Counted from the stretch's first letter, positions 49,678 to 59,849 are shown. The stretch is 64,000 nucleotides of DNA from Candidatus Parcubacteria bacterium (GCA_021414235.1 JAIOOV010000003.1:37560-101559); one strand, 5' to 3'. Notes: generated by a model from the letters alone, not told the origin. Program-made: numbers and translations.

Positions 49678-52600
49678 TTACTTGGAGATGGTGACGGAAT
49701 CCATGTTGTCGGACGGAAGGCCCGAGACAAAGTATCCGTTGGTCCAGTCGTTGCCAGTCGTAGCAGACGTGGTGGTCGAGTTCGGAGACCAGACGAAGTC
49801 GTCATTGCCATCCGCATCGATTGCCACAGCGTCATCCATGAGAGCGGCGAGAGACGGGTATGCCGCATCTCCATCGATCTTAGTGATGACCTGACCGCTG
49901 GTTACGCCGCCCGTGAGAGTGACATCACCCTGTACCTTGAAGTAGTAGGTGCTGCCAGTCGGGATGCGGAAGTAGCCAGAGGAAGCGCCCGTTACAAGCA
50001 CATCGTTAGCACCGCTCGAGACGAGTCCGGCGATAGTCGTGTTGACCTGACCAGAAGTGGTGAAGCCAGAGACTGCCGAGCTGAACGAGCTATCGGTGTA
50101 GGCCATGATCTTGAGGTTCGTCACGGTCGTGGAAGAAGTTCCAGACGGAGTGGACGAAGTCGAGACGTTGACCGTGAACTTGTAGATGGAGACTCCGTCG
50201 CTGCCGGCCTGACCAGTAGAGGTCACGCTGAAGCGGTAGAGATCCATGCCGGACTGCGTGCTGAGGACGCTATTCGGGATGCTCAAGCGAGCAAATACCG
50301 GATAGGACTTCATGACGCGGATGCCGTCAACGTCGGAGTCCGAAGAGGAACCGGTGTTGAGGGTGGTGCCGGATTCAACGCCCGTACCCTGGGTACCCGT
50401 CGAGTCGTTGCCATCGTAGTCAACCTTCACGAGGTGACCAGAGGAAGTGGCGTTCTGGCCAGTACCAACGGTGCTCAGGTCAACCTTGACGGTGATGAGC
50501 TTGGTGCTGTCCTTAGGGACGCGGAAGGACTGGGTAAGAGTCGAGGTAGCCGTGCGATTCTCACCGGTGAAGGTGGCCTCGCCGACCTTAGTGGAGCCAT
50601 CCCAGAGGGAGACCTTCGTAAGGTGAGACGGGGTGCTCGAAGCGGCTACGCCCGAGAGCTGGAGAGCAACACGAGTGATGTCTACAGCTTCGTTGGTGCC
50701 TGCGAAGCGGAGTACGCCTGCAGTGACACCGGAAGTTCCGCCAGCCGCGATCTGGTAAGACGGGCTAGAAGAATCCTTGGTAACAGTGAACGAACCTGCG
50801 CCGATGGTCTGAGTCTGACCGGTAGCAGCCGTGACAGTCTCAGAGACGTCAGCAGAGGACGTTACGCCAGTGACCGTGATGGAAGGAGACGATGCGATAC
50901 CCCACGAGAAGGTGTTGTTCGTCACAGCAGAAGCCGAGACGTTACACTTAAGCGTAAGAGTCTTGATCGTGCCCTTCGAAACCACGAGGGACTGGTCGAA
51001 GGTGTAAGTCGCAGAGCCAGAAGCCGACGGATTGACCACGTTCGAGCTGTTGAGCGCGGTGGTGCCGTCGTAAAGCTGACAAGACGAGAGAGAGGTGGCT
51101 ACAGCCGATCCGCCGAGCGTGAGCGTAAGCGGGATCGAAGAGAAGCGCACATCCTCGCCAGACTGAGTCGCGTCAAGCTGGACGTTCGTGAAGATACGAG
51201 ACTGTCCACCAGGAACGATGGTCTGAGCAGCCGGATCGGACGAGATCGTGATGGCAAGAGCTGCGCCCTTGACCGTCATGGTGTTCATCGCGAACTGACC
51301 GTTCGAGAGAGTGATGCTGTTACCAGTAGTCTGACCGCGAACCGTCGTCCAGTTGTCCGAAGGAGTAGTGGACGCGATGTAGGTCGAGTTAGAGGCAACA
51401 CCAGTCGGGACCTTACCCTTGAGGGTGTAGGTCTGCTTGCCAACCGGGTAGGTGATGGTGTCCGAGAAGACAACCTTCTGGTTCGTACCGCCTACGGCAG
51501 TTGCATCTACCGGACCTGCGACGACCGCACCGTTCGAGTCAACGAGGGTAACGTTCGTGAGGAGAGCAGAAGAAGCTGCACCGGAAGTGGTGAAGTAGAA
51601 GGTAGAAGACTGGACAGTGATCGCCTCGCCCTTGATGTCGGTCTCATAGCCGCCGAGTACCTGGTTAGGCACGTTGACAGCGATGTTCTGAGAAGCGACA
51701 GAGGTGGCCTTGGCGATCGTGGTTGCAGTACCGCCAGTGACGGTCACGAGAGAACCGTGGAACCAAGGGGTACCAGCGGTGAACTCAGACGTGCTGTCGG
51801 AAGCAGAGCTTGCGCCAGCCGGAGGAGTCACGCCGTAACCGTAGGTCTCGCCAGTTGCGTAGACGTCAGTGCGGTTTGCGATGTCGAAGCGGACCGTGCG
51901 GCCAGCAGCGTTGCCACCGACGATGTCACCCTGGATGTAGATATCCTTGGAGAGACCCTTGTCGATGACGAGACCGGAGCCGAAGGAAGCAGTGACATAC
52001 TTACCATCTGCAGAAACCATGGTGTCGTAGCTCGTGCCATCTACGAAGACCTTGATGTTAGCGAGGTCAGTCGTGAGAGAAGCAGAACCGGCCTGGTTCC
52101 AACGAACGGACCAGAGGCGGAGCTTCTCGGCAGAACCCGCGGTGACGCGGACGCCGGCAAACTTGTAGCCAGTGGTGCCGATCTCCTTGCTTGCCGAAGT
52201 GTTCGGGTCAAACGAAGAGACAGCGTTGGTGATAGTACCGATTGTGAGAGACGCGTTGATGGTGTGACCTGCGCCGGCGATCGGGAGCGAGCCAGAGACC
52301 GTAGCAGAGGTGTTCACTGCGACGACCGAGAGCATTGCTACCTGACCAGCGTAGGAGTCAAGCGTCGAAGCCATGTTACCAGCGACAGTCACCGTCTTAG
52401 AAGTTCCCTTCTTGACGACGAACGGCTCGCCTACAGTAGCCTGGTTGTTCGAGTTGAGAGTCTTTGCGATGCCGATCTGAGTACCGTTCTCATCGAGGAG
52501 GACGATACCGTCGAAGACGGCGTTCTGAGCGAGACCGCCGCGCTCAACCACAAGGCTGTTGACCGTCACATCACCATCGTTAGACGCGGTGAGGACGACC

Positions 52601-53178
52601 TTGGTGAAGGGAACGCGAGAAGCGTTCTCAGGAGCCAAGGAAGCCGCAGGCTGAGTTGCCGCAGAGATCGAGAGACCCGTACCGGCAGGAGTGGTGGGAG
52701 TGGTAGGGGTAGTAGGGGTGGTCGGAGTCGTCACCACGACCAAGGAGTTGAGCTTGGCGCGGGTGAGCGGACCGACAGTACCCGTAGTGGAGATTCCGTA
52801 CTTAGCCTGGAGCTTCATCACTGCAGCCCGGGTAGCCGGACCGAAAGTGGTGGTTTCCATGCCAGGAGAACCTGCACCTGAGAGAGCGACGCGAGTCGCT
52901 GCATCCCTGTTGAGAGCTATCTGGAGCTGCTTCACTGCCTCGCCCTTCGAGCCGAGCTGAAGGTTAGTAGTGAAGTTGTAGCCCGTGCCAGCAGTAGAGC
53001 CGCCCGTGTTGAGCTGACCCTGAAGCTGGGAAATCATCGCCAAGAGGCTGGCAATCTGCGCCTGAAGCTCTTCAGCAGTGGCCGCGTTTGCAGACGACGG
53101 CGCAACTACGAAGGACAGGGCCATTGCGAAGCCCACAAAACCGGCGACTACTTTCGCAGTTTTCGATTTTAATGCCAT
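49678..53178 (-). CDS. Giant (1166 aa) secreted cell-surface protein: signal peptide, peptidoglycan-binding domain, (TPT)n linker, then ~900 aa of Thr/Ser/Gly-rich Ig-like/beta repeats (S-layer or adhesin candidate).
   Basis: Signal MALKSKTAKVVAGFVGFAMALSFVVAPSSANA; PG_binding_1-like LQLGSKGEAVKQLQIALNRD...FGPATRAAVMKLQAKYGISTTGTVGPLTRAKL; TPTTPTTPTTPTTP; no Cys. Confidence 0.85.
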   Translation of the reverse strand: MALKSKTAKVVAGFVGFAMALSFVVAPSSANAATAEELQAQIASLLAMISQLQGQLNTGGSTAGTGYNFTTNLQLGSKGEAVKQLQIALNRDAATRVALSGAGSPGMETTTFGPATRAAVMKLQAKYGISTTGTVGPLTRAKLNSLVVVTTPTTPTTPTTPTTPAGTGLSISAATQPAASLAPENASRVPFTKVVLTASNDGDVTVNSLVVERGGLAQNAVFDGIVLLDENGTQIGIAKTLNSNNQATVGEPFVVKKGTSKTVTVAGNMASTLDSYAGQVAMLSVVAVNTSATVSGSLPIAGAGHTINASLTIGTITNAVSSFDPNTSASKEIGTTGYKFAGVRVTAGSAEKLRLWSVRWNQAGSASLTTDLANIKVFVDGTSYDTMVSADGKYVTASFGSGLVIDKGLSKDIYIQGDIVGGNAAGRTVRFDIANRTDVYATGETYGYGVTPPAGASSASDSTSEFTAGTPWFHGSLVTVTGGTATTIAKATSVASQNIAVNVPNQVLGGYETDIKGEAITVQSSTFYFTTSGAASSALLTNVTLVDSNGAVVAGPVDATAVGGTNQKVVFSDTITYPVGKQTYTLKGKVPTGVASNSTYIASTTPSDNWTTVRGQTTGNSITLSNGQFAMNTMTVKGAALAITISSDPAAQTIVPGGQSRIFTNVQLDATQSGEDVRFSSIPLTLTLGGSAVATSLSSCQLYDGTTALNSSNVVNPSASGSATYTFDQSLVVSKGTIKTLTLKCNVSASAVTNNTFSWGIASSPSITVTGVTSSADVSETVTAATGQTQTIGAGSFTVTKDSSSPSYQIAAGGTSGVTAGVLRFAGTNEAVDITRVALQLSGVAASSTPSHLTKVSLWDGSTKVGEATFTGENRTATSTLTQSFRVPKDSTKLITVKVDLSTVGTGQNATSSGHLVKVDYDGNDSTGTQGTGVESGTTLNTGSSSDSDVDGIRVMKSYPVFARLSIPNSVLSTQSGMDLYRFSVTSTGQAGSDGVSIYKFTVNVSTSSTPSGTSSTTVTNLKIMAYTDSSFSSAVSGFTTSGQVNTTIAGLVSSGANDVLVTGASSGYFRIPTGSTYYFKVQGDVTLTGGVTSGQVITKIDGDAAYPSLAALMDDAVAIDADGNDDFVWSPNSTTTSATTGNDWTNGYFVSGLPSDNMDSVTISK
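52692..52733 (-). repeat. In-frame tandem repeat encoding (TPT)n linker.
   Basis: GGTGGGAGTGGTAGGGGTAGTAGGGGTGGTCGGAGT on the plus strand. Confidence 0.6.
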
Positions 53179-53269
53179 ACGTTATTAATTACTGAACGAA
53201 AGATATGCAGCACGCGTTGTGCCGCATATTCCCTCGGTGTGGGATTTGACGTCGGAATCGACTTACCGA

Positions 53270-53278
53270 CTATCCACA
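53270..53278 (-). promoter_or_regulatory. Near-consensus DnaA box (cTATCCACA) in the 600-bp intergenic region.
   Basis: 8/9 match to TTATCCACA. Confidence 0.35.
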
Positions 53279-53609
53279 CTGCAACGCACACGGAGTGACC
53301 CGCACGCGCTACACAACTATCCCGTACGCTTCTCTATCTTTCGACAGAGGGCGTACAGGGTAGCTTGCGGAATGATAATGGTGGTTCGGACACGCGGTAA
53401 AAGAGAGGGATTGATCATCCATTCGGGAATGCTTTGAGTTTGGTGGTTTTCCAAACCTCTATGAAATTGTCAACGATCGTTCTTTTGAGGGCCGGTCGGA
53501 AACTTCTTCGGTATATCGGTCGTTCAGTAGTGATGACGGACACGACATAGAATATGTCGAACCGTAGCGCGAATTATAGTATTCGCCTCACTCCCCTGCA
53601 AAAGTTTTT

Positions 53610-53618
53610 TGTGGATAA
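53610..53618 (+). promoter_or_regulatory. Perfect DnaA box (TGTGGATAA) within extended motif TTTTTTGTGGATAACTCC. A degenerate copy TTTTTTGTGGGAATAAG lies at 53647-53663.
   Basis: Read directly; the same 15-mer occurs at 62742-62756. Confidence 0.45.
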
Positions 53619-53734
53619 CTCCCGAAAAAAGCCTTTATCAGGCTCTTTTTTGTGGGAATAAGCCACCTCGCCATGCTCGCATAAAAAGACCCCGAAGTCA
53701 ACGAAATTAAGGGATATTCCTATATAAGGAGAAA

Positions 53735-53754
53735 GCCGGCGCACCCGCGCCGGC
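53735..53754 (-). terminator. Terminator hairpin.
   Basis: GCCGGCGC-accc-GCGCCGGC. Confidence 0.45.
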
Positions 53755-53787
53755 TCAAAAGCCCTATCAGAGTAGTTTTAAGGACAC

Positions 53788-54549
53788 TTACCGCAGAGAG
53801 TAGCGGCTCCAGCGACGCTCCCCTTCACGCTTAAGGACACCCTGAGCGACCAAGCTTCCGAGCTCGCGCTGGATGGTCTTCTCACCTACGCCCCGTATAT
53901 GGCTGGCAATGTCTTTTATACTCAACGGCAACGAGCTCCTCTTGATGAGGTCGAGAATAGAGAGGGAGCGCTCCTTGGTCACGGCAGGTTCTTGTCCTTT
54001 ATTCTGTCCCATAGAAGAAGGCGTGCGGCGCGGGAGACTGCTCGCAGGCGTAGCAAAGGTGGAAGCCGATACATAGCTCGGATCAAGCACGCTCGAGACA
54101 GGAAGGAGGCTAGGGACCGGGGGCATCGCATCAGTTTTTAAAAGCTCTTCGGAGAGAGCGATGACCGGAGCTGAGGAGAGATTCTCCGCCTTAGCGAGAA
54201 TCTCAAGCACCTGGTCGTACTCATGCTTCAGCACCTCCGCATTCATAGGAGAGATGAGGCGTGCGCCAGAGGCGATCTCGAGGAGCGAGAGAATCTCCAG
54301 GATCTTCACGGACGGAAGCATCCCGCGCATCGTAGCCGAAGAGAGGATGTCCTTAACGAGTCCCACGGAGAGCTCGCGCAAATCACGACGAAGCTTCTCC
54401 TCCTCAGAGACAAGATCTGTCACCAGGTAGACAGCGGCCGCGAGCTTCTGGCTCTTCTTGAATGCAAAGAGAAGACCGTCATTCCCCTTGAACAGGGCGG
54501 TATTCTGGTAGCTCGGAATCATCTTGTCCTTTTGTTCTGTATCGGACAT
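53788..54549 (-). CDS. Putative transcriptional regulator with C-terminal winged helix (N-terminal domain unknown).
   Basis: C-terminus LSIKDIASHIRGVGEKTIQRELGSLVAQGVLKREGERRWSRYSL (HTH plus wing). Confidence 0.55.
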   Translation of the reverse strand: MSDTEQKDKMIPSYQNTALFKGNDGLLFAFKKSQKLAAAVYLVTDLVSEEEKLRRDLRELSVGLVKDILSSATMRGMLPSVKILEILSLLEIASGARLISPMNAEVLKHEYDQVLEILAKAENLSSAPVIALSEELLKTDAMPPVPSLLPVSSVLDPSYVSASTFATPASSLPRRTPSSMGQNKGQEPAVTKERSLSILDLIKRSSLPLSIKDIASHIRGVGEKTIQRELGSLVAQGVLKREGERRWSRYSLR

Positions 54550-54688
54550 ATTGTATGTCTTTTATACCACGTATGTGTCTTTTAATCAAGTGTAACACCG
54601 TCCTAAACGCCTGTCCAATAGAAAAAAGGCCTTATTTATGGCTGTGCATTAGGTTTTCCCCAGCCTGTGCTAAAATTGCCCTATCTAT

Positions 54689-56902
54689 ATGGCCAGGGCC
54701 AACTCTAAGCAAGATAAGCAGGAGAAGCTCGATGCAGCTCCCCCGTTCAAGAACCCCTGGAGCTCTCTTAAAGAGGGTACTCGTCGCGGCATCGCCGCCG
54801 TGCTCTACGGCTCCGCGACCATCTTCTTCCTTCTTGCCGCCCTCTCGCTCGCGGGCGTAGCCGGGAACGAGGCCTACTCCCTCCTCTCATATCTCTTAGG
54901 TTACGGATACTTCCTCCTCCCCATCCTTTCTCTCTTCCTGACCGTCTCCTACGCCCGCACCAAGCGGGAAGAGCCCATCGGCCTCAAGGCCTTCGGCTCC
55001 GTCCTCTTCGTCATCTCAGGTCTTGGTGTTGCCGCCCTCCTCTCCCCGGAAGCCGGTGGCATCGTGGGCAGCTCCATTGCCTCCCCTCTCCAGAGCGCCT
55101 TCGATTTCTACGCGAGCGCGGTAATCCTCGGCGCAGCACTCCTCGTCTCCGTTTTCATACTCTTCGAACTCTCCTTCCCTGAAGTAGCCTTCTCAGGCTT
55201 CAGCAACCCGTTCAAGAAAAAAGGAGCGAACGAAGACGAACTCCTCGCTCCTCTTGAAAGTGAGCAGTATGAGGATGCGCCGCTACCAGAAGAACGACCG
55301 GAAGCTACCGAAGAACCTCAGGAAGAAGCTGCTCGCCCGACCCCAGTAGTCGCGAGCGAAGCCTCGGGCGACAAGATCGAGGGTTACAATTTTAAGATCA
55401 CCAGCTCCTTCGGCACTCCTTTCGTGCCGCCACCTTTGACCCTCCTCGAGAAGGATCGCGGCAAGCCAGCAGTCGGCGACGTGAAGGCGAACGGCAACAT
55501 CATCAAGCGCACCCTCCAGAACTTCGGCATCGTGGTGGAGATGGATGAGATCTCCATCGGTCCATCGGTGACTCGCTATGCGCTGAAGCCCGCAGAGGGC
55601 GTGAAGCTCTCCCGCATCGTCGCGCTCCAGAACGACCTCTCACTCGCGCTCGCCGCACACCCCATCCGTATCGAAGCGCCGATCCCGGGTAAATCTCTGG
55701 TGGGTGTAGAGATTCCTAATAGCGTAAAGGCGACCGTCGGTCTCTCCGGTCTCCTCTCTAACGAAGAGTTCCAGAAGTCGGACAAGCCGCTCTTGGTAGC
55801 CCTCGGCAAAGGCGTCTCCGGCAAGTTCCACTACGCCAACATCGCCAAGATGCCTCACGGCCTCATCGCCGGCGCTACCGGCTCCGGCAAATCCGTGACC
55901 ATTCACGTAGTGGTCACCTCCCTCCTCTTCCGCAATTCCCCAGAGAACCTGCGCTTCATCATGATTGACCCGAAGCGCGTGGAGCTTACGTTGTACAACA
56001 AGATCCCCCACCTGCTCACTCCAGTCATCACGGATGCAAAGAAAGCCATCCAAGCGCTCAAATGGGCAGCCAAGGAGATGGATCGCCGCTACGACATCCT
56101 GGAAACAGAGAGCGTGCGCGATATCGAGAGTTATCATAAGAACGTGCAGAAAGGCACCACGAAGATGAAGAAGGATGGCCCAGAATCCGCCGGTCCCGAG
56201 CCTATGCCCTACATCGTAATCATCATCGACGAGCTCGCCGACATCATGCAGGCCTACCCACGCGAACTCGAATCCTCTATCGTGCGCCTCGCTCAGATGA
56301 GCCGTGCGGTGGGTATCCATCTCCTGCTCTCCACCCAGCGCCCCTCAGTGAACGTCATCACCGGCCTCATCAAAGCGAACGTCCCCGCTCGTATCGCCCT
56401 CCAGGTAGCCTCCCAGATCGACTCCCGCACCATCCTCGATATGGCAGGCGCCGAGAAGCTCCTTGGCGCGGGCGATATGCTCTACCTCTCGGGCGAGATG
56501 TCCCAGCCACAGCGTATCCAGTCCCCCTACATTTCTGAGGACGAGGTGAAGAAGGTGGTGAAGTTCCTCGCAGAGACATACAAGGATGAAGTGCCGAACG
56601 AGATCAATCTCGGTGGCCCTGCTGCTGCCACTGAAGGCGGGATATTCGCCTCCATGGTCTCTGATGACGACGTGGACGACGACATGTACGAGGACGCTCG
56701 AGAGACGGTCATCTCCGCCGGCAAAGCCTCTACTTCCTACCTCCAGCGCAAGCTCGGCGTGGGTTACGCCAGGGCTGCCCGCCTCATGGATATCCTCGAA
56801 GAGAAAGGTGTCATCGGCCCTGGCTCTGGCTCCAAGCCCCGCGACGTACTCATCAAGTCCGGGAACGCTACTTCCTCCTCCGAAGTCCCTGAAGAGATAT
56901 GA
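54689..56902 (+). CDS. ftsK: DNA translocase FtsK/SpoIIIE.
   Basis: Four N-terminal TM helices, linker, motor domain GATGSGKSVTIH (Walker A), IIIDELAD (Walker B), C-terminal gamma domain TSYLQRKLGVGYARAARLMDILEEKGVIGP. Confidence 0.95.
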   Translation: MARANSKQDKQEKLDAAPPFKNPWSSLKEGTRRGIAAVLYGSATIFFLLAALSLAGVAGNEAYSLLSYLLGYGYFLLPILSLFLTVSYARTKREEPIGLKAFGSVLFVISGLGVAALLSPEAGGIVGSSIASPLQSAFDFYASAVILGAALLVSVFILFELSFPEVAFSGFSNPFKKKGANEDELLAPLESEQYEDAPLPEERPEATEEPQEEAARPTPVVASEASGDKIEGYNFKITSSFGTPFVPPPLTLLEKDRGKPAVGDVKANGNIIKRTLQNFGIVVEMDEISIGPSVTRYALKPAEGVKLSRIVALQNDLSLALAAHPIRIEAPIPGKSLVGVEIPNSVKATVGLSGLLSNEEFQKSDKPLLVALGKGVSGKFHYANIAKMPHGLIAGATGSGKSVTIHVVVTSLLFRNSPENLRFIMIDPKRVELTLYNKIPHLLTPVITDAKKAIQALKWAAKEMDRRYDILETESVRDIESYHKNVQKGTTKMKKDGPESAGPEPMPYIVIIIDELADIMQAYPRELESSIVRLAQMSRAVGIHLLLSTQRPSVNVITGLIKANVPARIALQVASQIDSRTILDMAGAEKLLGAGDMLYLSGEMSQPQRIQSPYISEDEVKKVVKFLAETYKDEVPNEINLGGPAAATEGGIFASMVSDDDVDDDMYEDARETVISAGKASTSYLQRKLGVGYARAARLMDILEEKGVIGPGSGSKPRDVLIKSGNATSSSEVPEEI

Positions 56903-57246
56903 GGACGGTCAGAGAGTCACTCCGTCCCCTTTTTATAATAGTCATCCTGGTTGGCGCTGTAGCCTATGGCTATTTCCAGGCCCGCGCCTACCTCGACGGC
57001 CCCGTCATCACCCTGGAGTCCCCGCTTGAGGGCACACCCTTGGAAGGACCCCTCTTTACGGTCTCCGGCTCTATCAAGAACGCCGCGTTCATAAGCCTGG
57101 ATGGGAGGCAGATTTACACCACGGAAGAAGGCCGCTTTCGAGAGCAGCTCTTAGCCCCCCTGGGCTATACTATAGTCACGCTTAAGGCCCGGGATCGCTT
57201 CGGCCACAGCGCCGAAAGAGAGATCGAGCTGGTACGCACTAAGTAA
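56899..57246 (+). CDS. Hypothetical membrane-anchored protein (115 aa), translationally coupled to ftsK (ATGA).
   Basis: ORF track; one TM helix. Confidence 0.45.
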   Translation: MRTVRESLRPLFIIVILVGAVAYGYFQARAYLDGPVITLESPLEGTPLEGPLFTVSGSIKNAAFISLDGRQIYTTEEGRFREQLLAPLGYTIVTLKARDRFGHSAEREIELVRTK

Positions 57247-57252
57247 TTTTCT

Positions 57253-58302
57253 ATGCAGAAAAATAAGAAAGAAAAGAAGGAGAAGGAAGCAGTAGGAATG
57301 TCCGGCATCGAGGACACCCTACGCTCTATCCGCACCAAGTTCGGCGAAGAATCCATCATGAAGCTCGGCGACAAGCCGCGCGTAGACGTGGAAGCCGTCC
57401 CCACCGGCTCCATCGGGCTCGATGCAGCCCTCGGCATCGGCGGTCTCCCCCGCGGACGCATTGTGGAGATCTTTGGCCCCGAGAGTTCCGGCAAGACCAC
57501 TCTCGCTCTCCATGTGGTAGCAGAAGCGCAGAAGCGCGGCGGCATCTGCGCCTACATCGACGCAGAGCACGCCATGGATCCGGAGTACGCTAAGAAGCTC
57601 GGCGTGAACATCGAGCACCTCCTCATCTCCCAGCCGGACACCGGCGAGCAGGCGCTCGAGATCGTAGAGAGCCTAGTACGCTCGGCCAAGCTCGACGTCA
57701 TCGTCATCGACTCCGTAGCGGCCCTCACCCCCAAAGACGAGATCGAGGGTGACATGGGCGCGCAGCACGTGGGCAAGCAGGCTCGCCTCATGTCCCAGGC
57801 GCTGCGCAAGCTCACCGCCATCGTGGCACGCAGCAAGACCATCATCATCTTCATCAACCAGATCCGCATGCAGATCGGCGTAATGTTCGGCAACCCCGAG
57901 ACTACCCCAGGCGGCAAGGCGCTTAAATTCTACGCCTCCGTGCGTCTCGATATCCGCCGTATCGCCTCGATCAAGAAGGGCGATGAAGTCATGGGCGGCC
58001 GCGCGCGTGTGAAGGTAGTCAAGAACAAAGTGGCTGCTCCATTCCGTCAGACCGAGTTCGACCTCATGTACGGAGAAGGTATCTCCAAAGAGGGCGAAAT
58101 GCTCGCGCTCGGTGAGAAGTTCAACATCATCCAGAAGTCCGGCGCCTCCTACAAGTACGGGAATGAAGCCATCGGCCGCGGCTATGATGCTGCACGCACC
58201 TTCCTCAAGGAGAATCCCAAGATAAGCAAAGAGATTCTGGAAGAGATCAAGAAGAAATTACAGGAAGAAGGAGCGACCGCAGCAGGAGGATCGGAGGATT
58301 AA
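57253..58302 (+). CDS. recA: Recombinase RecA.
   Basis: [12 protein letters not shown] Walker [11 protein letters not shown]2 loop region; K/E-rich 15-aa N-terminal extension (alternative start MSGIED at 57298 with purine-rich SD). Confidence 0.95.
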   Translation: MQKNKKEKKEKEAVGMSGIEDTLRSIRTKFGEESIMKLGDKPRVDVEAVPTGSIGLDAALGIGGLPRGRIVEIFGPESSGKTTLALHVVAEAQKRGGICAYIDAEHAMDPEYAKKLGVNIEHLLISQPDTGEQALEIVESLVRSAKLDVIVIDSVAALTPKDEIEGDMGAQHVGKQARLMSQALRKLTAIVARSKTIIIFINQIRMQIGVMFGNPETTPGGKALKFYASVRLDIRRIASIKKGDEVMGGRARVKVVKNKVAAPFRQTEFDLMYGEGISKEGEMLALGEKFNIIQKSGASYKYGNEAIGRGYDAARTFLKENPKISKEILEEIKKKLQEEGATAAGGSED

Positions 58303-58336
58303 GAGAACTTTTCGCTTGAACGAAAAACTCTGCTCT

Positions 58337-59767
58337 CTACTGCTTCAGACCCAAGCTGTTATTCCTGCCTCCAGACATAAGTCCCCAAGCGCCCGTAACC
58401 TGCACAGGAGATGAACGATTGACGAGATCGCTTAGACCAAGCTGCCCCGTATCGTTGAGGCCCCACGCGAACATCTGACCATTGGTCCTCGATGCTACGT
58501 GATGATATTGGCCGGATCCGACAGATAACCATGTACCCGCAAGCTGAGTCGGCGAAGAGCGAGTGACGACATCGCCATGACCGAGGGCCCCCTGGGAGCC
58601 AAACCCCATAGAGAACAGAGCGCCATTCGAACGGAGAGCCAGTGAATGGTGGCTGGTGTTATGAGAGAAAACCGAAGACCAAGAAGTGTCGGCCCCCACC
58701 TGTACCGGAGACGACCGATTAATCGCATCGCCGAGTCCCATAGCCCCAAGGGCGTTATACCCTCCTATCCCCCAGAGGGTTCCGTTGCTACGCACCCCCA
58801 TGGTGAGATGTACGCCGCAAGCAACAGAAGACCAGGTGCCCCCAATCTGTACTGGGGAGGAGCGGTTTACCTTATCTCCTAAACCTAGATGCCCGAAAGT
58901 GGTATTCCCGCCGGTGCCGAACAGCTCTCCGGAAGAATTTATAAAATGCGAACGTCCGCTCCCGCCGAAGACGTCCGTCCAAACACCAGAAGATATCTGG
59001 ACGGGAGAGGATCGCTTAGCCGTATCAGAGAGGCCAAGTGCGCCAGAGGCGTTATACCCCCACCCCCAGAGCGTACCGTCAGCCTTTATACCGAGAGTAT
59101 GGTACTGCCCCGCAGACACGGCCACCCAGGTCCCCGCGACCTGCGTCGGGGAAGAGCGGCTAGCGATATCGCCAAGCCCTAGTTGTCCGTTGCCATTATC
59201 ACCCCAAGCAAACAAAGAGCCGTCCGTACGCAAAGCCAAAGCGTCATAGCGTCCTCCTGTGGCGCGTACCCAGGTGCCCGCCAATTGGACAGGAGAAGAG
59301 GCGTTGACAGTGGTAAGTCCTTGTCCCACGGCACCAACGCCTCCATGACTGCCCCAACTAAAGAGCTGACTTCCGCTTGATGAGTTTGGCATCGCTACGC
59401 TCCCTCTCCAGGTCGTGCCGTTGTCAGTCGTAAATAAAGTCAGAACATCAGTACCGATAACCGAGAGCGTCGGCGCAACAGAGTTCTGCCACTTAGTGCC
59501 ACTCATCCAGGTAGTGGTGAATCTGCCACCGTTGGTGAGGACTAAGGTGAAAGAAACATATTGAGTGGCAGAGGGAATATTAGTTATCGAGAAGGTGGTG
59601 GCTGCGGTTACCGTAGCCGTCACTACCGTGCCGAGGGAAAGATCTATGGCGGTAGCGCCGCTCACGTTGCCGAGGGCATTCTGTGTCTCCGCGTAGCCAC
59701 GCAGGTCAGCGTTGTCTAAACGCGCATTGCTCAAATCGAGACGGGAGGCAGATAGCTTGATAGCCAT
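58337..59767 (-). CDS. RCC1/BLIP-II beta-propeller protein with ~150-aa N-terminal Thr-rich beta domain (paralog of 27778..28851).
   Basis: Blades W(G/A)xNxxGxLGLGDxxxRSSP(V/T)Q; N-terminal region LDLSNARLDNADLRGY... followed by TVVTATVTAATTFSITNIP...; start uncertain (MAIK vs upstream TTG). Confidence 0.75.
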   Translation of the reverse strand: MAIKLSASRLDLSNARLDNADLRGYAETQNALGNVSGATAIDLSLGTVVTATVTAATTFSITNIPSATQYVSFTLVLTNGGRFTTTWMSGTKWQNSVAPTLSVIGTDVLTLFTTDNGTTWRGSVAMPNSSSGSQLFSWGSHGGVGAVGQGLTTVNASSPVQLAGTWVRATGGRYDALALRTDGSLFAWGDNGNGQLGLGDIASRSSPTQVAGTWVAVSAGQYHTLGIKADGTLWGWGYNASGALGLSDTAKRSSPVQISSGVWTDVFGGSGRSHFINSSGELFGTGGNTTFGHLGLGDKVNRSSPVQIGGTWSSVACGVHLTMGVRSNGTLWGIGGYNALGAMGLGDAINRSSPVQVGADTSWSSVFSHNTSHHSLALRSNGALFSMGFGSQGALGHGDVVTRSSPTQLAGTWLSVGSGQYHHVASRTNGQMFAWGLNDTGQLGLSDLVNRSSPVQVTGAWGLMSGGRNNSLGLKQ

Positions 59768-59849
59768 TTTAGGAATTATAGCAAACTTCAATAGCTTCTC
59801 CTCTTGTCCTAAAGCGTAAGACGAGGCACAAGGAGCCGTCTCCTCCTCT

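Noticed and set aside
49675-52881. 1068-aa plus-strand ORF in the six-frame track.
   Set aside because: It is the antisense of the giant minus-strand surface-protein gene. Its translation is R/G/S/D low-complexity sequence with no signal peptide or domain, and the stop-free frame is a by-product of the extreme codon-composition bias of the real gene.
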